Assembly (NCBI RefSeq): GCF_963921235.1
Contig: NC_086097.1
Location: forward strand, 103,976,001-104,040,000
Direction of reading: 5' to 3'
From: Mobula hypostoma
Lineage: Eukaryota
Length of the DNA: 64,000 nt
Shown: positions 52,195 to 64,000 of the stretch, piece after piece
How positions within the stretch are numbered: the first letter of the stretch is position 1
Layout of the letters: the number at the start of each line of letters is the position of its first letter
Translations under genes and position numbers: made by a program
The notes under the pieces: model-generated
The model's database searches: none
What the model was told of the DNA's origin: nothing
What the model saw: the letters and a program-made list of their open reading frames with translations, nothing else

Positions 52195-53480
52195 AGAAAA
52201 GGCTCCTTTATTCCCACTCTTTGGCTCTTGCCAGTCAGCCACTGTTTTATCCACGCTAGAATCTTTCCTGTAATACCATGGGCTCATAGCTTGTTAAGCA
52301 GCATCATGTGTGAGACCTTGTCAAAAGCCTTCTGAAAGTCCAAGTACAGAACATCAACTGATTCTCCTTTCTCTATCCTGCTTGTTATTTCTTCAAAGAA
52401 TTCCAACAGATTAGTCAGGCAAGATTTTCCCTTGAGGAAACCATGCTGACTATAGCCTATTTTATCATGTGCCTCCAAGTACCCCAGAAACTCGTCTTAA
52501 TAATCGACTCCAAAATCTTCCCAACCACTGAGGTCAGACTAACTGGCCTATAGTTTCCTTTCTTCTGCCTCTCTCCCTTCTTGAAGAGTGGAGTGACACC
52601 TGCAATTTTCCAGTCTTCCAGAGCCATTCCAGAATCTAGTGATTCTTGAAATATCATTACTAGTGCCTCCACAATCTCTTCAGCCACCTTTATCAGAACT
52701 CTGGGGTATACACCATCTGGTCAAGGTGACTTGTCTAACTTCAGACCTTTCAGTTTCCCAAGAACCTTTTCTCTAGTTATGTTAACTTTACACACTTCAT
52801 GCCCTCTGCCTCCTGCAACTTCCACTGTACTACTAGTCTTCCACAGTGAAGAATAATGCAAAATACTTGCAACACACATCAAAGTTGCTGGTGAACGCAG
52901 CAGGCCAGGCAGTCGACGTTTCAGGCCGAGACCCTTCGTCAGGACTAACTGAAGGAAGAGTGAGTAAGGGATTTGAAAGTTGGAGGGGGAGAGGGAGATC
53001 CAAAATGATAGGAGAAGACAGGAGGGGGAGGGATAGAGCCGAGAGCTGGACAGGTGATAGGCAGAAGGGGATACGAGAGGATCATGGGACAGGAGGTCCG
53101 GGAAGAAAGACGGGGGGGGGGTGACCCAGAGGATGGGCAAGAGGTATATTCAGAGGAACAGAGGGAGAAAAAGGAGAGTGAGAGAAAGAATGTGTGCATA
53201 AAAAAGAGTAACAGATGGGGTACGAGGGGGAGGTGGGGCCTAGCGGAAGTTAGAGAAGTCAATGTTCATGCCATCAGGTTGGAGGCTACCCATACGGAAT
53301 ATAAGGTGTTGTTCCTCCAACCTGAGTGTGGCTTCATCTTTACAGTAGAGGAGGCCGTGGATAGACATTTCCTTGTCCCCATTACTACCTCTCCAGCATC
53401 ATTTTCTAGCAGACCAATGTCACTTTTGCCTCTCTTTTACACCTTATGTAACTGAAGAAACTTTTGGTATCCTCTAATAT
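52195..53480 (-). mobile_element. CR1 RT fragment interrupted by a PLE 3' fragment (~52869-53367, minus)
   Basis: LDFQKAFDKV and [13 protein letters not shown]. The insert matches the PLE 3' end and has a ~20-bp deletion next to the hammerhead. Confidence 0.85.
52911..52946 (-). ncRNA. Minimal hammerhead ribozyme motif, intact core
   Basis: Minus strand reads AGTC-CTGACGA-AGGGTCTCGGCCT-GAAA-CGTC-GACT. Confidence 0.78.
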
Positions 53481-54904
53481 TATTGGTGCTTACTGTTGTA
53501 TTCCATCTTTCATTGATCCAAAATGTCGACTGTCCATTTCCCTCCATTGACCCTGCCTGACCTCCTGAGTTCCCCAGTATCTTCTGTTGTTTCAATTTCC
53601 AGCATCTACAGTCTCTTGTGTCTCTGTGCATCTATTTGTTCCATTGATGTCCAACAAAAGGATAAGGAAAGGCAGCTAATCAACTATCTGGACATGATGC
53701 AATCTCTAGGACTCAGTATTTGAAGTCAACAATAAAATAACCAGCCTTTCCTGTTTGTGTCACAACTGGCGAGTTCTGATGCAAGGTCACACATATGTAA
53801 CATAAACTCAGTACTTCTCCTCCACATCATTTGATCGTTTTCTGATTTCCAGCAACTATAAAGTTCTGATTTCATATTTCCAACATTCTCTCTACTGCCC
53901 TCATTCTTCTTCCTCTTTATATCCCCTACCCAGATCAGCTCTGAGTATCAAGCATTCACACCCTCTCTTACTTGGCAATGAAAGCACTTCAGCCAACTGT
54001 ACAGTCTTGATCCCATTCCGTTCTCTCACCCTCCCAATTCTCTGCAAATTAAACCAGACTGATATTCTCTTTTTCCTAGCTCTTATGAAATGTCATCGGC
54101 CTCAGTGTTAAGAGCCCCTTTCTCCAAAAGTTCAGACTGCTCTGCTAAATATTTATGTTTTAGCTCTCTCTCTTACAAGCAAAGATGATTGTGGGGCCCT
54201 GCCACACACACAATAAGAATGAGTCCTCTTTAATGACTCAAAATTTGCAAGAGATCCTCAATAAACACAAGTTCTTCCTTGAAGGGGAGATGGATATCAA
54301 AGCTGCTGATGCCCCAGTGGGTCTTCTGATCAGTAAACAACCTGGCAGAGAAATTCATGCCCTGGTTTCCATTTAAGTGACTGGGCATGGAGGAATTGGG
54401 CATAGAACAACAGATAGTAATAAACTTCATGGACAAAGGTCATACATAAATGCTTTTCAATTTATGCATGGGTATTATAACAGCAGGAACCAACAAATCA
54501 CATTTGTTTAATGTTATACACTATAACAGTGATTATCACTTAACCAATGTTTATGGGAGACAGTGGAAGAGCAGTTGCTGGTAGTAGAGGACACACTCTT
54601 GTGGAGACAATATAAACTGAAAAACAGGTGACATATTTTGTATACAAAGAAATGTCATGTAAACACAAGATTAGTTACAAAATCACTACTCAATGATTAA
54701 ATAGTAATTTTCTGATCCGTATCTCAATCAGTATGGACAACAACCTGAATTAATAACATTGACACTCGCTCACTCTGATCACATGCTGCAGAGTTCGACT
54801 CAGAATCAGAATTTTTATTATCACTGGCATGTGTCATGAAATTTGTTAACTCAGCAGCAGCAATTCAACGCAATACATGATATAGAAGAAAAAATAAATA
54901 AATT

Positions 54905-57642
54905 AATATTCCAGGGTTCCGATGTTTCAGATGTGATCGAGGCAGAGGAATGAAAGGTGGGGGAGTAGCATTGCTTGTTAGGGAAAATATTACAGCAGTG
55001 CTCAGGCAGGACAGATTACAGGGCTTGTCTACTGAGTCCTTGTGGGTGGAGCTGAGAAACAGGAAAGGTATGGCCACATTAGTGGGATTGTATTACAGAC
55101 CACCCAATAGTCAAAGAGAATTGGAAGTGCAAATCTGCAGAGAGACGGTAGGCAACTGCAGGAAACATGAAGTTGTGGTGGTAGGGGATTTTAATTTTCC
55201 ATATATTGATTGGGTCTCCCATACTGTTAGGGGTCTAGATGGTTTAGAGTTTGTAAAATGTGTTCAGGAAAGTTTTCTAAATCAATATATAGAGGGACCA
55301 ACTAGAGGGGATGCAATATTGGATCTCCTGTTAGGAAACGAGTTAGGACAAGTGACGGAAGTCTGTGTAGGGGAGCACTTTGGTTCCAGTGATCATAACA
55401 CCATTAGTTTCAACTTGATCATGGACAAGGATAGATCTGGTCCTAGGGTTGAGGTTCTTAACTGGAAGAAGGTCAAATTTGAAGAAATGAGAAAGGATCT
55501 AAAAAGCGTGGATTGGGACAGGTTGTTCTCTGGCATGGATGTGATCGGTAGGTGGGAAGCCTTCAAAGCAGAAATTTTGAGAGTGCAGAATTTGTATGTT
55601 CCTGTCAGGATTAAAGGCAAGGTGAATAGGAATAAGGAACCTTGGTTCTCAAGGGATATTGCAACTCTGATAAAGAAGAAGAGGGAGTTGTATGATGTGT
55701 ATAGGAAGCAGGGAGTAAATAAGGTGCTTGAAGAGTATAAGAAGTGCAAGAAAATACTTAAGGAAGAAATCAGGAGGGCTAAAAGAAGACATGAGGTTGC
55801 CTTGGCAGTCAAAGTGAAGGATAATCCAAAGAGCTTTTACAGGTATATTAAGAGCAAAAGGATTGTAAGGGATAAAATTGGTCCTCTTGAAGATCAGAGT
55901 GGTCGGCTATGTGCGGAACCAAAGGAAATGGGGGAGATCTTAAATAGGTTTTTTTGCGCCTGTGTTTACTAAGGAAACTGGCATGAAGTCTATGGAATTA
56001 AGGGAAACAAGTAGTGAGATCATGGAAACTGTACAGATCGAAAAGGAGGTGGTCCTTGCTGTGGATAAATCCCCGGGACCTGACAGGGTGTTCCCTCGGA
56101 CCTTGAAGGAGACTAGTATTGAAATTGCAGGGGCCCTGGCTGAAATATTTTAAATGTCGCTGTCTACAGGTGAGGTGCCGGAGGATTGGAGAGTGGCTCA
56201 TGTTGTTCCGTTGTTTAAAAAAGGATCGAAAAGTAATCCGGGAAATCATACGCCAGTAAGTTTAACGTCGGTAGTAGGTAAGTTATTGGAGGGAGTACTA
56301 AGAGACAGAATCTACAAGCATTTGTATAGACTGGGACTTATTAGGGAGAGTCAACATGGCTTTGTGCGTGGTAGGTCATGTTTGACCAATCTATTGGAGT
56401 TTTTCGAGGAGGTTACCAGGAAAGTGGATGGAGGGAAGGCAGTGGATATTGTCTACATGGACTTCAGTAAGGTCTTTGACAAGGTCCCGCATGGGAGGTT
56501 AGTTAGGAAAATTCAGTCGCTAGGTATACATGGAGAGGTGATAAATTGGATTAGACATTGGCTCGATGGAAGAAGCCAGAGAGTGGTGGTAGAGAATTGC
56601 TTCTCTGAGTGGAGACCTGTGACTAGTGGTGTGCCACAGGGATCAGTGCTGGGTCCATTGTTATTTGTCATCTATATCAATGATCTGGATGATAATGTGG
56701 TAAATTGGATCAGCAAGTTTGCTGATACAAAGATTGGAGGTGTAGTAGACAGTGAGGAAGGTTTTCAGAGCCTGCAGAGGGACTTGGACCAGCTGGAAAA
56801 ATGGGCTAAAAAATGACAGATGGAGTTTAATACTGACAAGTGTGAGGTATTGCACGTTGGAAGGACAAACCAACGTAGAACATACAGAGTTAATGGTAAG
56901 GCACTGAGGAGTGCAGTGGAACAGAGGGATCTGGGAATACAGATACAAAATTCCCTAAAAGTGGCGTCACAGGTAGATAGGGTCGTAAAGAGAGCTTTTA
57001 GTATATTGGCCTTTATTAATCAAAGTATTGAGTATAAGAGCTGGAATGTTATGATGAGGTTGTATAAGGCATTGGTGAGGCCGAATCTGGAGTATTGTGT
57101 TCAGTTTTGGTCACCAAATTACAGGAAGGATATAAATCAGGTTGAAAGAGTGCAGAGAAGGTTTACAAGGATGTTGCCGGGACTTGAGAAACTCAGTTAC
57201 AGAGAAAGGTTGAATAGGTTGGGACTTTATTCCCTGGAGCGTAGAAGAATGAGGGGAGATTTGATAGAGGTATATAAAATTATGATGGGTATAGATAGAG
57301 TGAATGCAAGCAGGCTTTTTCCACTGAGGCAAGGGGAGAAAAAAACCAGAGGACATGGGTTTAGGGTGAGGGGGGAAAAGTTTAAAGGGAATATTGGGGG
57401 GGGCTTCTTCACACAGAGAGTGGTGGGAGTATGGAATGAGCTGCCAGACGAGGTGGTAAATGTGGGTTCTTTTTTAACATTTAAGAATAAATTGGACAGA
57501 TACATGGATGGGAGGTGTATGGAGGGATATGGTCTGTGTGCAGGTCAGTGGGACTAGGCAGAAAATGGTTCGGCACAGCCAAGAAGGGCCAAAAGGCCTG
57601 TTTCTGTTTCTGTGCTGTAGTTTCTATGGTTCTATGGTTCTA
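54905..57642 (+). mobile_element. CR1 LINE, 5'-truncated within APE, few disablements, inserted in a Rex/L2-type tail (~54800-57930, minus)
   Basis: ORF pieces 54950-55972, 56154-56816 and 56820-57557. (TTCTATGG)n tail. The flanks rejoin as a LINE tail with LPSGRRYRSL. Confidence 0.92.
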
Positions 57643-58682
57643 AATCAATTCCAGTATATGTATGTTGGATAGATTAAAAATACTGCAAAAACAAACAGAA
57701 ATAATATATATTAAAAAGTGAGGTAGTATTCAAGGGTTCAATGTCCATTTAGGAATCTGATGGCAGAGGGGAAGAAGATGTTCCTGAATCGCTCAGTGTG
57801 TGCCTTCAGGCTTCTGTATCTCCTACCTGATGGTAACAGTGAGAAAAGGGCATGCACTGAGTACTGGGGGTCCTTAATAATGAACTCTGTCTTTCTGAGA
57901 CACCGCTTCCTGAAGATGTCCTGGGTACTTTGTAGGCTTGAGACCTCCTTCAGACCTGCAATCCTTGAGGACTCTGCAATTATCCACTTCCAACCTCTTT
58001 CTGTAGCCTTGACCCAAAGCTTCAAAATTCCCTCCTTCAACCCCTCTTGTACATGTGCATTAAAGAAAGGTTCTTCGTCATCCATCATGAAGGTAGTGTT
58101 CATGGGTTCATGAAATATTGCAGCTGGGGTGCTTCCTTTGTGATTAGACCAGAAGACATAGGAGCACAATTAGGCCATTCGGCCCATCGAGACTGCTTTG
58201 CCATTTCATCATGGCTGATTTATTATCTATTTCAACCCCATTCTCCTGCCCTCCCTCCGTGACCTTTAATGCTCCTCAAGAACCTATCAACCTCATCTTT
58301 AAATTGCCCACTGACTTGGGTTCCACAGCCATCTGTGGCACTGAATCACCACCCTCTGGCTCATGAAATTCCTCCTCATCTCTTCTAATCTGATGCAGGG
58401 CCCTCTGGTCCCAGACTCACCCACTATAGGAAACCTCTGAACAAGAGAAAATCTGCAAATGCTGGAAATCCCAGCAACACACACAAAATGCTGGAGGAAC
58501 TCAGCAGGCCAGGCAGCATCTATGGAAAAAAGTACAGTTGATGTTTCGGGTCAAAACCCTTCAGCAGGAATTGAATTGAATCGACTTTATTACTTACATC
58601 CTTCATATACATGAAGAGTAAAATTTTTTACATTACATCTCCGTCTAAATGTGCAATGTGCAATTTACGGTAATTTATAATA

Positions 58683-60426
58683 CAGTCGGCCCTACGTATC
58701 CGTGGGTTCTGCATCCGCAGATTCAACCAACCGCAGATCAAAAATTTTCGAATAAAAATTCCAGAAAGTTCCAGAAAGCAAAACTTGAATTTGCCGTGTG
58801 CTGAGCTCTACGCTGAAACCACGCGAATGAAGTGATGTGTAGTCATACCCTGCTGTAGCCTCCCGCCATTTCACAGATCCTCAGTCTCTCTCCAGCACTC
58901 GTTGTTTGAGCATTGTTCACCTCGCGTCTCGTTCATTCGCTACTTGTGTTGTGAGCGAGAGAGAAGGAGTTTAAGGCTAGTAAGGGATGGCTGGCTAGCT
59001 ATGTAAAGCGCTACAGCCTCAAGAACTTAAAGGTCACCGGAAAATCAGCATCGACTGATGCCGAGGCAGCATCAGCGTTCCCAGAAGAGTTACGATGGTT
59101 GTATAAATACTGAACATGTACAGACTTTTTTCTTGTCATTATTCCCTAAACAATACAGTATAACAACTATTTACAAAGCATTTACAAAGCATTTACATTG
59201 TATTGTCACGTACCCCGTGACGGGTTAAAGAACCAGCAGAGATGGAAAACACTTTGGAGTTCAGTATTGCTATTAACTAATGGTATTTATTAGAAACTAT
59301 GCAATACAGTAATATAAATGCAGATAAATCAAACAGGTTAGTAATGATTATATATAAGTAAGTGTGGAATATATATGAAAACCAAGCTTCTTCAAGTCTA
59401 GGGGTAAATAAATAGTCTTATGATGATGAGTGAAGTTCAGTTCAGTTCGTGGTATTGAATTGAGTAGTGATGGAGAGAGAGAGAGAGAGATTTGAGTCTT
59501 CAGGTGAGCTGATGCCGACGACCTTCCCGTTGTCCTCCAAAATCCTTTAGAAGTCACCGACTGTGACCACAACAAAAGGGGACTGTTCTTCTGTGGTGGA
59601 GTTATCAACCCAGGCGAGGGGCGAGGGTTGGACACACAAATAACTCCCCACTGGTCACGCCCTGTTCACACTGTGAGAGCCACTGATCGATCCGCCTAAT
59701 CGATCCTCCAAAACCCACTTTTCCTGTGGGCACAACAAAGCTCATTCAGTGTCCAAAATCATGTGTCTCAGGTCTATCATCTGACCTTCTATTTATCTCA
59801 CCACACTGAATACTAGCTGTCCATCAAACAGCTCCTCCCCGCTCTCTCTGTAAGAATACAGAAGCTGAAACCAGTGTCCTTGTAGAAAGTAAACACGCTG
59901 CAGAGAAACCATAACATCGATTGTCCATCAAATAACGCCGCTCTCGGCCTCCATGGCGACCCATGAGCTGCTCGGTGCCCTCTCTCTCTGAACTCAGCAG
60001 AAATCCAAAAGTTAGTCTCAGTTCTTTCTCGTGCCTTAAAGTGACAGTCCACAGAAAATATGAACTTTAGGGGTTCATAACACCATCTCAAAGCAGTCTT
60101 TGTCTCTCTCTCTCTCTTAAAAACAAGGTGTCAGTGTTAAATAACTCTCTTTTTATCAAGGTGTTTGTGTCGGGCACCTCCCTCTCTCTTTTTTCAAAAA
60201 CACAGTTCATAGGGGTAATCGAGCACAGTTCATAGGGGTAATTCAGGACCCCATCACAGTATTCGGTATTATAAGTAATCTAGAGATGATTTAAAGTATA
60301 CGGGAGGTGTGTGTAGATGATATGCAAATACTACGCATTTTATATAAGGGTCTTGAGCATCCACGGATTTTGGTATCCGCGGGGGGGTCCTGGAACCAAT
60401 CCCCCGTGGATACCGAGGGACGACTG
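58683..60426. mobile_element. Tigger/pogo-like non-autonomous DNA transposon
   Basis: TA|CAGTCGGCCCTACGTATCC ... GGATACCGAGGGACGACTG|TA: terminal inverted repeats and TA TSD. Confidence 0.85.
59204..60258 (-). mobile_element. Solo LTR (~1055 bp)
   Basis: TGT...ACA termini, GTAT TSD at 59200-59203 and 60259-60262, AATAAA on minus at ~59286. Confidence 0.8.
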
Positions 60427-61199
60427 TAAATATTATATACGACACAATAGTCAATATAACATAGAAATACAATTGTGTCAGCATGAGTTAAGCAGTCTGA
60501 TGTCCCGGAGACTGTTGATCCTGGCTTTTATGCTGCAGTACCGTTTCCCAGATGGTAGCAGCTGGAACAGTTTGTGAGTGGGGTGACTTGGGTCTCCAGT
60601 GATCCTTCGGGCCCTTTTTACACACCTGTCTCTGTAAGTGTCCTGAATAGTGGGAAGATCACATCTACAGATGCGCTGGGCTGTCCGCACCACTCTCTGC
60701 AGGGTCATGCAATTAAGAGAAGTACCAGGCAGTGATGCAGCCAGTCAGGATGCTCTCAATTGTGCCCCTATAGAAAGTTCTTAGGATTTGGGGGCCCATA
60801 CCAAACTTTTTCAATCATCTGAGGTGAAAGAGGCGTCGTTGTGGTTTTTTACCACACAGCCCGTGTGTACAGACCACGTGAGATCCTCAGTGATGTTTAT
60901 GCTGAGGAACTTAAAGCTGTTCACCCTCTCAATCACAGATCCATTGATGTCAATCGGGGTTAGCCTGTCTCCATTCCTCCTGTAGTCCACAACCGGCTCC
61001 TTTGTTTTTGCAACATTGAGGGAGAGGTTGTTTTCTTGACACCACTGTGTCAGGGTGATGGTTTGAAATTAGGCCAATCAGTGTAGTGTCAGCAAATTTA
61101 ATGAGCAGATTGCAGCTGTGGGTGGTGACATAGTCATGGGTGTACAGAGAGTAAAGGAGGGAGCTTAGTCACAGGCCTGAGGGGCACCTGTGAAGGCCA

Positions 61200-61695
61200 T
61201 GGAAGAAAGAAAAAGGGGGGAGGGAGGGAGGAGCACCAGAGGGTGGGAGGAGATAAGGTGAGAAAGGGAAAAGGGGATGGGAACTGGTGAAGGCGATGGG
61301 GTGTGGGGCATTACCAGAAGTTTAAGAAATCAATGTTGAGAAATCAAACTTCCAGTAATGCCCCCCACCCCCTTTTACCATTTCCTATCCCCTTTTCACT
61401 CTCTCACCTTATCTCCTTGCCTGCTCATTGCCTCCCTCTGGTGCTCTTCCCCATTTTCTTTGTTTCATGGCATTCTGTCTCTTTCACCAATCAACTTCAC
61501 AGCTCTTTACCTCACCCCTCCCGGTTTCACCTATCACCTGGTGTTTCTCTCTCCCCTCCCTCCACCTTTTAAATCTACTCCTCAGCTTTATTTTCTCCAG
61601 TCCTGCCAAAGGGTTTTGGCCAGAAACATCAACTATATTTTTTTCCATAGATGCTGCTTGTCCTGCTGAGTTCCTCCAGCATTTTGTGTGTGTTG
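61200..61695. mobile_element. Old PLE 3' ends in back-to-back inverted arrangement
   Basis: 61200-61325 is the approximate reverse complement of 61350-61450. Decayed hammerhead and tail at 61599-61695. Confidence 0.65.
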
Positions 61696-62405
61696 AGAGG
61701 AAACCTCCTGTCTACATTCACACGATCTAGGCCTTTCAATATTCTGACAGGTTTCAATCAGGTCCCCAGTAATTCTTCTAAATACCAGCGAGTACAGGCC
61801 CAGCGCCATCAAATACATCTCATACGTTTTCATTCTGGGGATCATTCTCTTGAACAGCCTCTGGATCTTCCTCAATGCCAGCACAACCCTTCCTAGATAA
61901 GGGCCTGAAGCTGCTCACAAAATTCCAAGTGTGTTCTGACCAATGGCTTGTAAAACACCATTGCATCTTTGCGTTTTATAATTATAGCCTTCTCGAAATG
62001 AATGATAACATTGCATTTGCCTTCCTTATAACTGACTCAAACTGCAATTAAACTTTTAAGGAATCCTGCACAAGGTCTCTCAAGTCCATTTGCACCTCTG
62101 ATTTCTGAATTTGCTTCCCATTTAGAAAATAATCTATGTCTTTATTCCTTCTACCAAACTGCATGACCAACAATCCCTGCACTATATTCCATCTGCCACT
62201 TCTTTACTCATTCTCCTAATCTGTCTAAATCCTTCTGCAGACTGCTTGCTTCCTCAACACTGCCTGCCCCTCCACCTATCTTTGTATCATCTGCAAACTT
62301 GGCCACAAAACCAGCTATTCCATCATCCAAATCATTGACATAAAACATGAAAAGAAGCAGTCCAAGCACCAACTCCTGTGGAATGCCACTCGTCATGGGC
62401 AGCAT
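61695..62405 (-). mobile_element. CR1 RT fragment
   Basis: TSGIPQELVLG, FADDTKIGG, ALGLYSLVFRR. Confidence 0.85.
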
Positions 62406-62994
62406 CCTAATCTGCAGAGAGGGTGGAGGAAGGGGCTGACCTGGAATAGGCTGATAATAAAGTCATTTGGTCAGTAAGTTGAATGGGAGGAATTAAAGAA
62501 GTTTCACTCATTAATATCAAACAGCGTGGTATCATAATGATCCTAATGGCTAAATATACAAATACTGTAGGAAGCAATACAAAAATATTTGCACTTCTAA
62601 ATTTAACAAGTCTAAAAATGAAAGACCAGGCTGAAGGTATCTCTGGCATGCCAATGCTCACAAGAGAAGCTGAGATGTGGGCCAGGCAAGCTAGAGTCAA
62701 CCCAGCTCTCTTTGGGTCTTCTTGTACAAATCAGAGCAGAAACAAAAACCATAGTCCAAACCCTGAAGGATAATTGTGAGTGGTACAAGCAGGTACAACT
62801 ACAATGTTTGAAAGACATTTTAGACAGAAACATGGAGAGGAAAGGTTTGGAGGGAAATGCAGGCAAGTGGGGCTAGCTCAGGTCAGCACAGATGAATTGG
62901 GCTGAAGGGCCTGCTTCTGGGCTGCATGGCCCTTGTAGGTCCTTGACATTGACCTTATGGCAACATTCTTGTGTTTGGAGGTAAGAGTTGATAA

Positions 62995-63658
62995 TTAGAT
63001 TAGATTAGATTAGATTATGAGGACACACAGTCCTCTTTTATTGTCATTTAGTAATGCATGCATTAAGAAATGATACAATATTTTTCCAGAATGATATCAC
63101 AGAAACACATGACAAACTGACTTAAAAACTGACAAAAAGCACATAATTATAATGTAGTTACAACAGTGCAAAGCAATACCATAATTTGATTAAGAACAGA
63201 CCATGGCACAGTAAAAGTCTCAAAGTCTCTCGAAAGTCCCATCATCTCACGCAGACGGTGAGCCTCCAGCGCCGCAAACTTGCCGATGCAGCATCCTGGA
63301 AGCATCCAACCACAGTCCAACTCCGAGTCCGTCCAAAAACTCCGAGCCTCCGACCAGCTCTCCAACACCGAGCACCGAGCACCAAGCACCATCTCTGCCG
63401 AGTGCTTCGACCCCGCCCCGGCTACAGGCAGTAGGCAAAGCCGAGGATTTGGGGCCTTCCCCTCCGGAGATTCTCGATCGCACAGTAGCAGCGGCAGCGA
63501 AGCAGGCATTTCAGAAGTTTCTCCAGGTGTTCCTCCGCTCTTCTCACAGCTGTCTCCATCAAATCAGGATTGTGCACGGCACCCCGAGTTAACACATATC
63601 GATATCAATTCGGAACGGCCGCGTGCGCTGTGTCGCACCACCATCTTCTCCTCCCTCC
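62995..63658 (-). mobile_element. Full copy of the SINE-like element seen at 28755-29437
   Basis: End-to-end reverse-complement similarity, same 5' GGAGGAGAAGATGG start, (ATCTA)n tail. Confidence 0.85.
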
Positions 63659-64000
63659 TATTTCTACTCTAATAGAATGGAGTAGGCGTCACCAGGAACA
63701 GGTGACGTACATAGCTTTATGGTTCCTCACGTGGATGATGGGTGATAACATTTAATAAAGGCCACTTCTTGAACTGGGATGTTGTCTTGACATCTAGTCT
63801 CTCAGGAAAAAAAACAGGATTTTCATAACAAGGCCATACTTTGAGCATGTTGTCACTGATAAAATCTCTTCCTTTGCCAACCATGCCTTGCCAGAAAGTT
63901 TAGTATCTTCTTGCCTTGGCATTGAAGGGGTCTAGGAAGATCACCTTGTCTCCCATTGGGACACACACTAGTGCCTTGCTCAAGAGAGGAACAGAAGACC

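Larger units (their letters stand above)
58570..61190 (-). mobile_element. Rex1/Babar-type LINE 3' part hosting a DNA transposon
   Basis: LQRVVRTAQRI...LPSGKRY at 60478-60708. (AATTC)n-type tail at ~58570. Confidence 0.75.

Noticed and set aside
54185..54436. Short ORFs on both strands with a possible minus-strand splice acceptor
   Set aside because: No recognisable protein, and length is compatible with chance.
62483..62773. 96-aa ORF
   Set aside because: No recognisable domain or convincing exon boundaries.

Overview
This is eukaryotic DNA made up almost entirely of transposable elements. The repeat mix (ZF/SGNH-esterase CR1 LINEs, GIY-YIG Penelope-like elements, Rex1/Babar-type LINEs, chromoviral Gypsy, Tc1, a HERO-type RLE LINE) suggests a vertebrate, probably a cartilaginous fish; that assignment is inference. 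I found no convincing host gene exon, tRNA, rRNA or CRISPR array. Highlights: (1) an apparently intact full-length CR1 (35684-40390, minus) whose 5' end is three ~173-bp tandem promoter-like monomers; (2) Penelope-like element (PLE) 3' ends carrying minimal hammerhead ribozyme motifs, including back-to-back inverted insertions with 13-16 bp target-site duplications (TSDs); (3) a two-LTR Gypsy derivative with only 176 bp of internal sequence, nested in another Gypsy with a 5-bp TSD; (4) two families of ~700-bp non-coding retroposons that begin with a YY1-type motif; (5) several multi-level nested insertions and an inverted duplication that preserves an empty insertion site. Boundaries of old fragments are approximate and family names come from motif recognition, not database searches.
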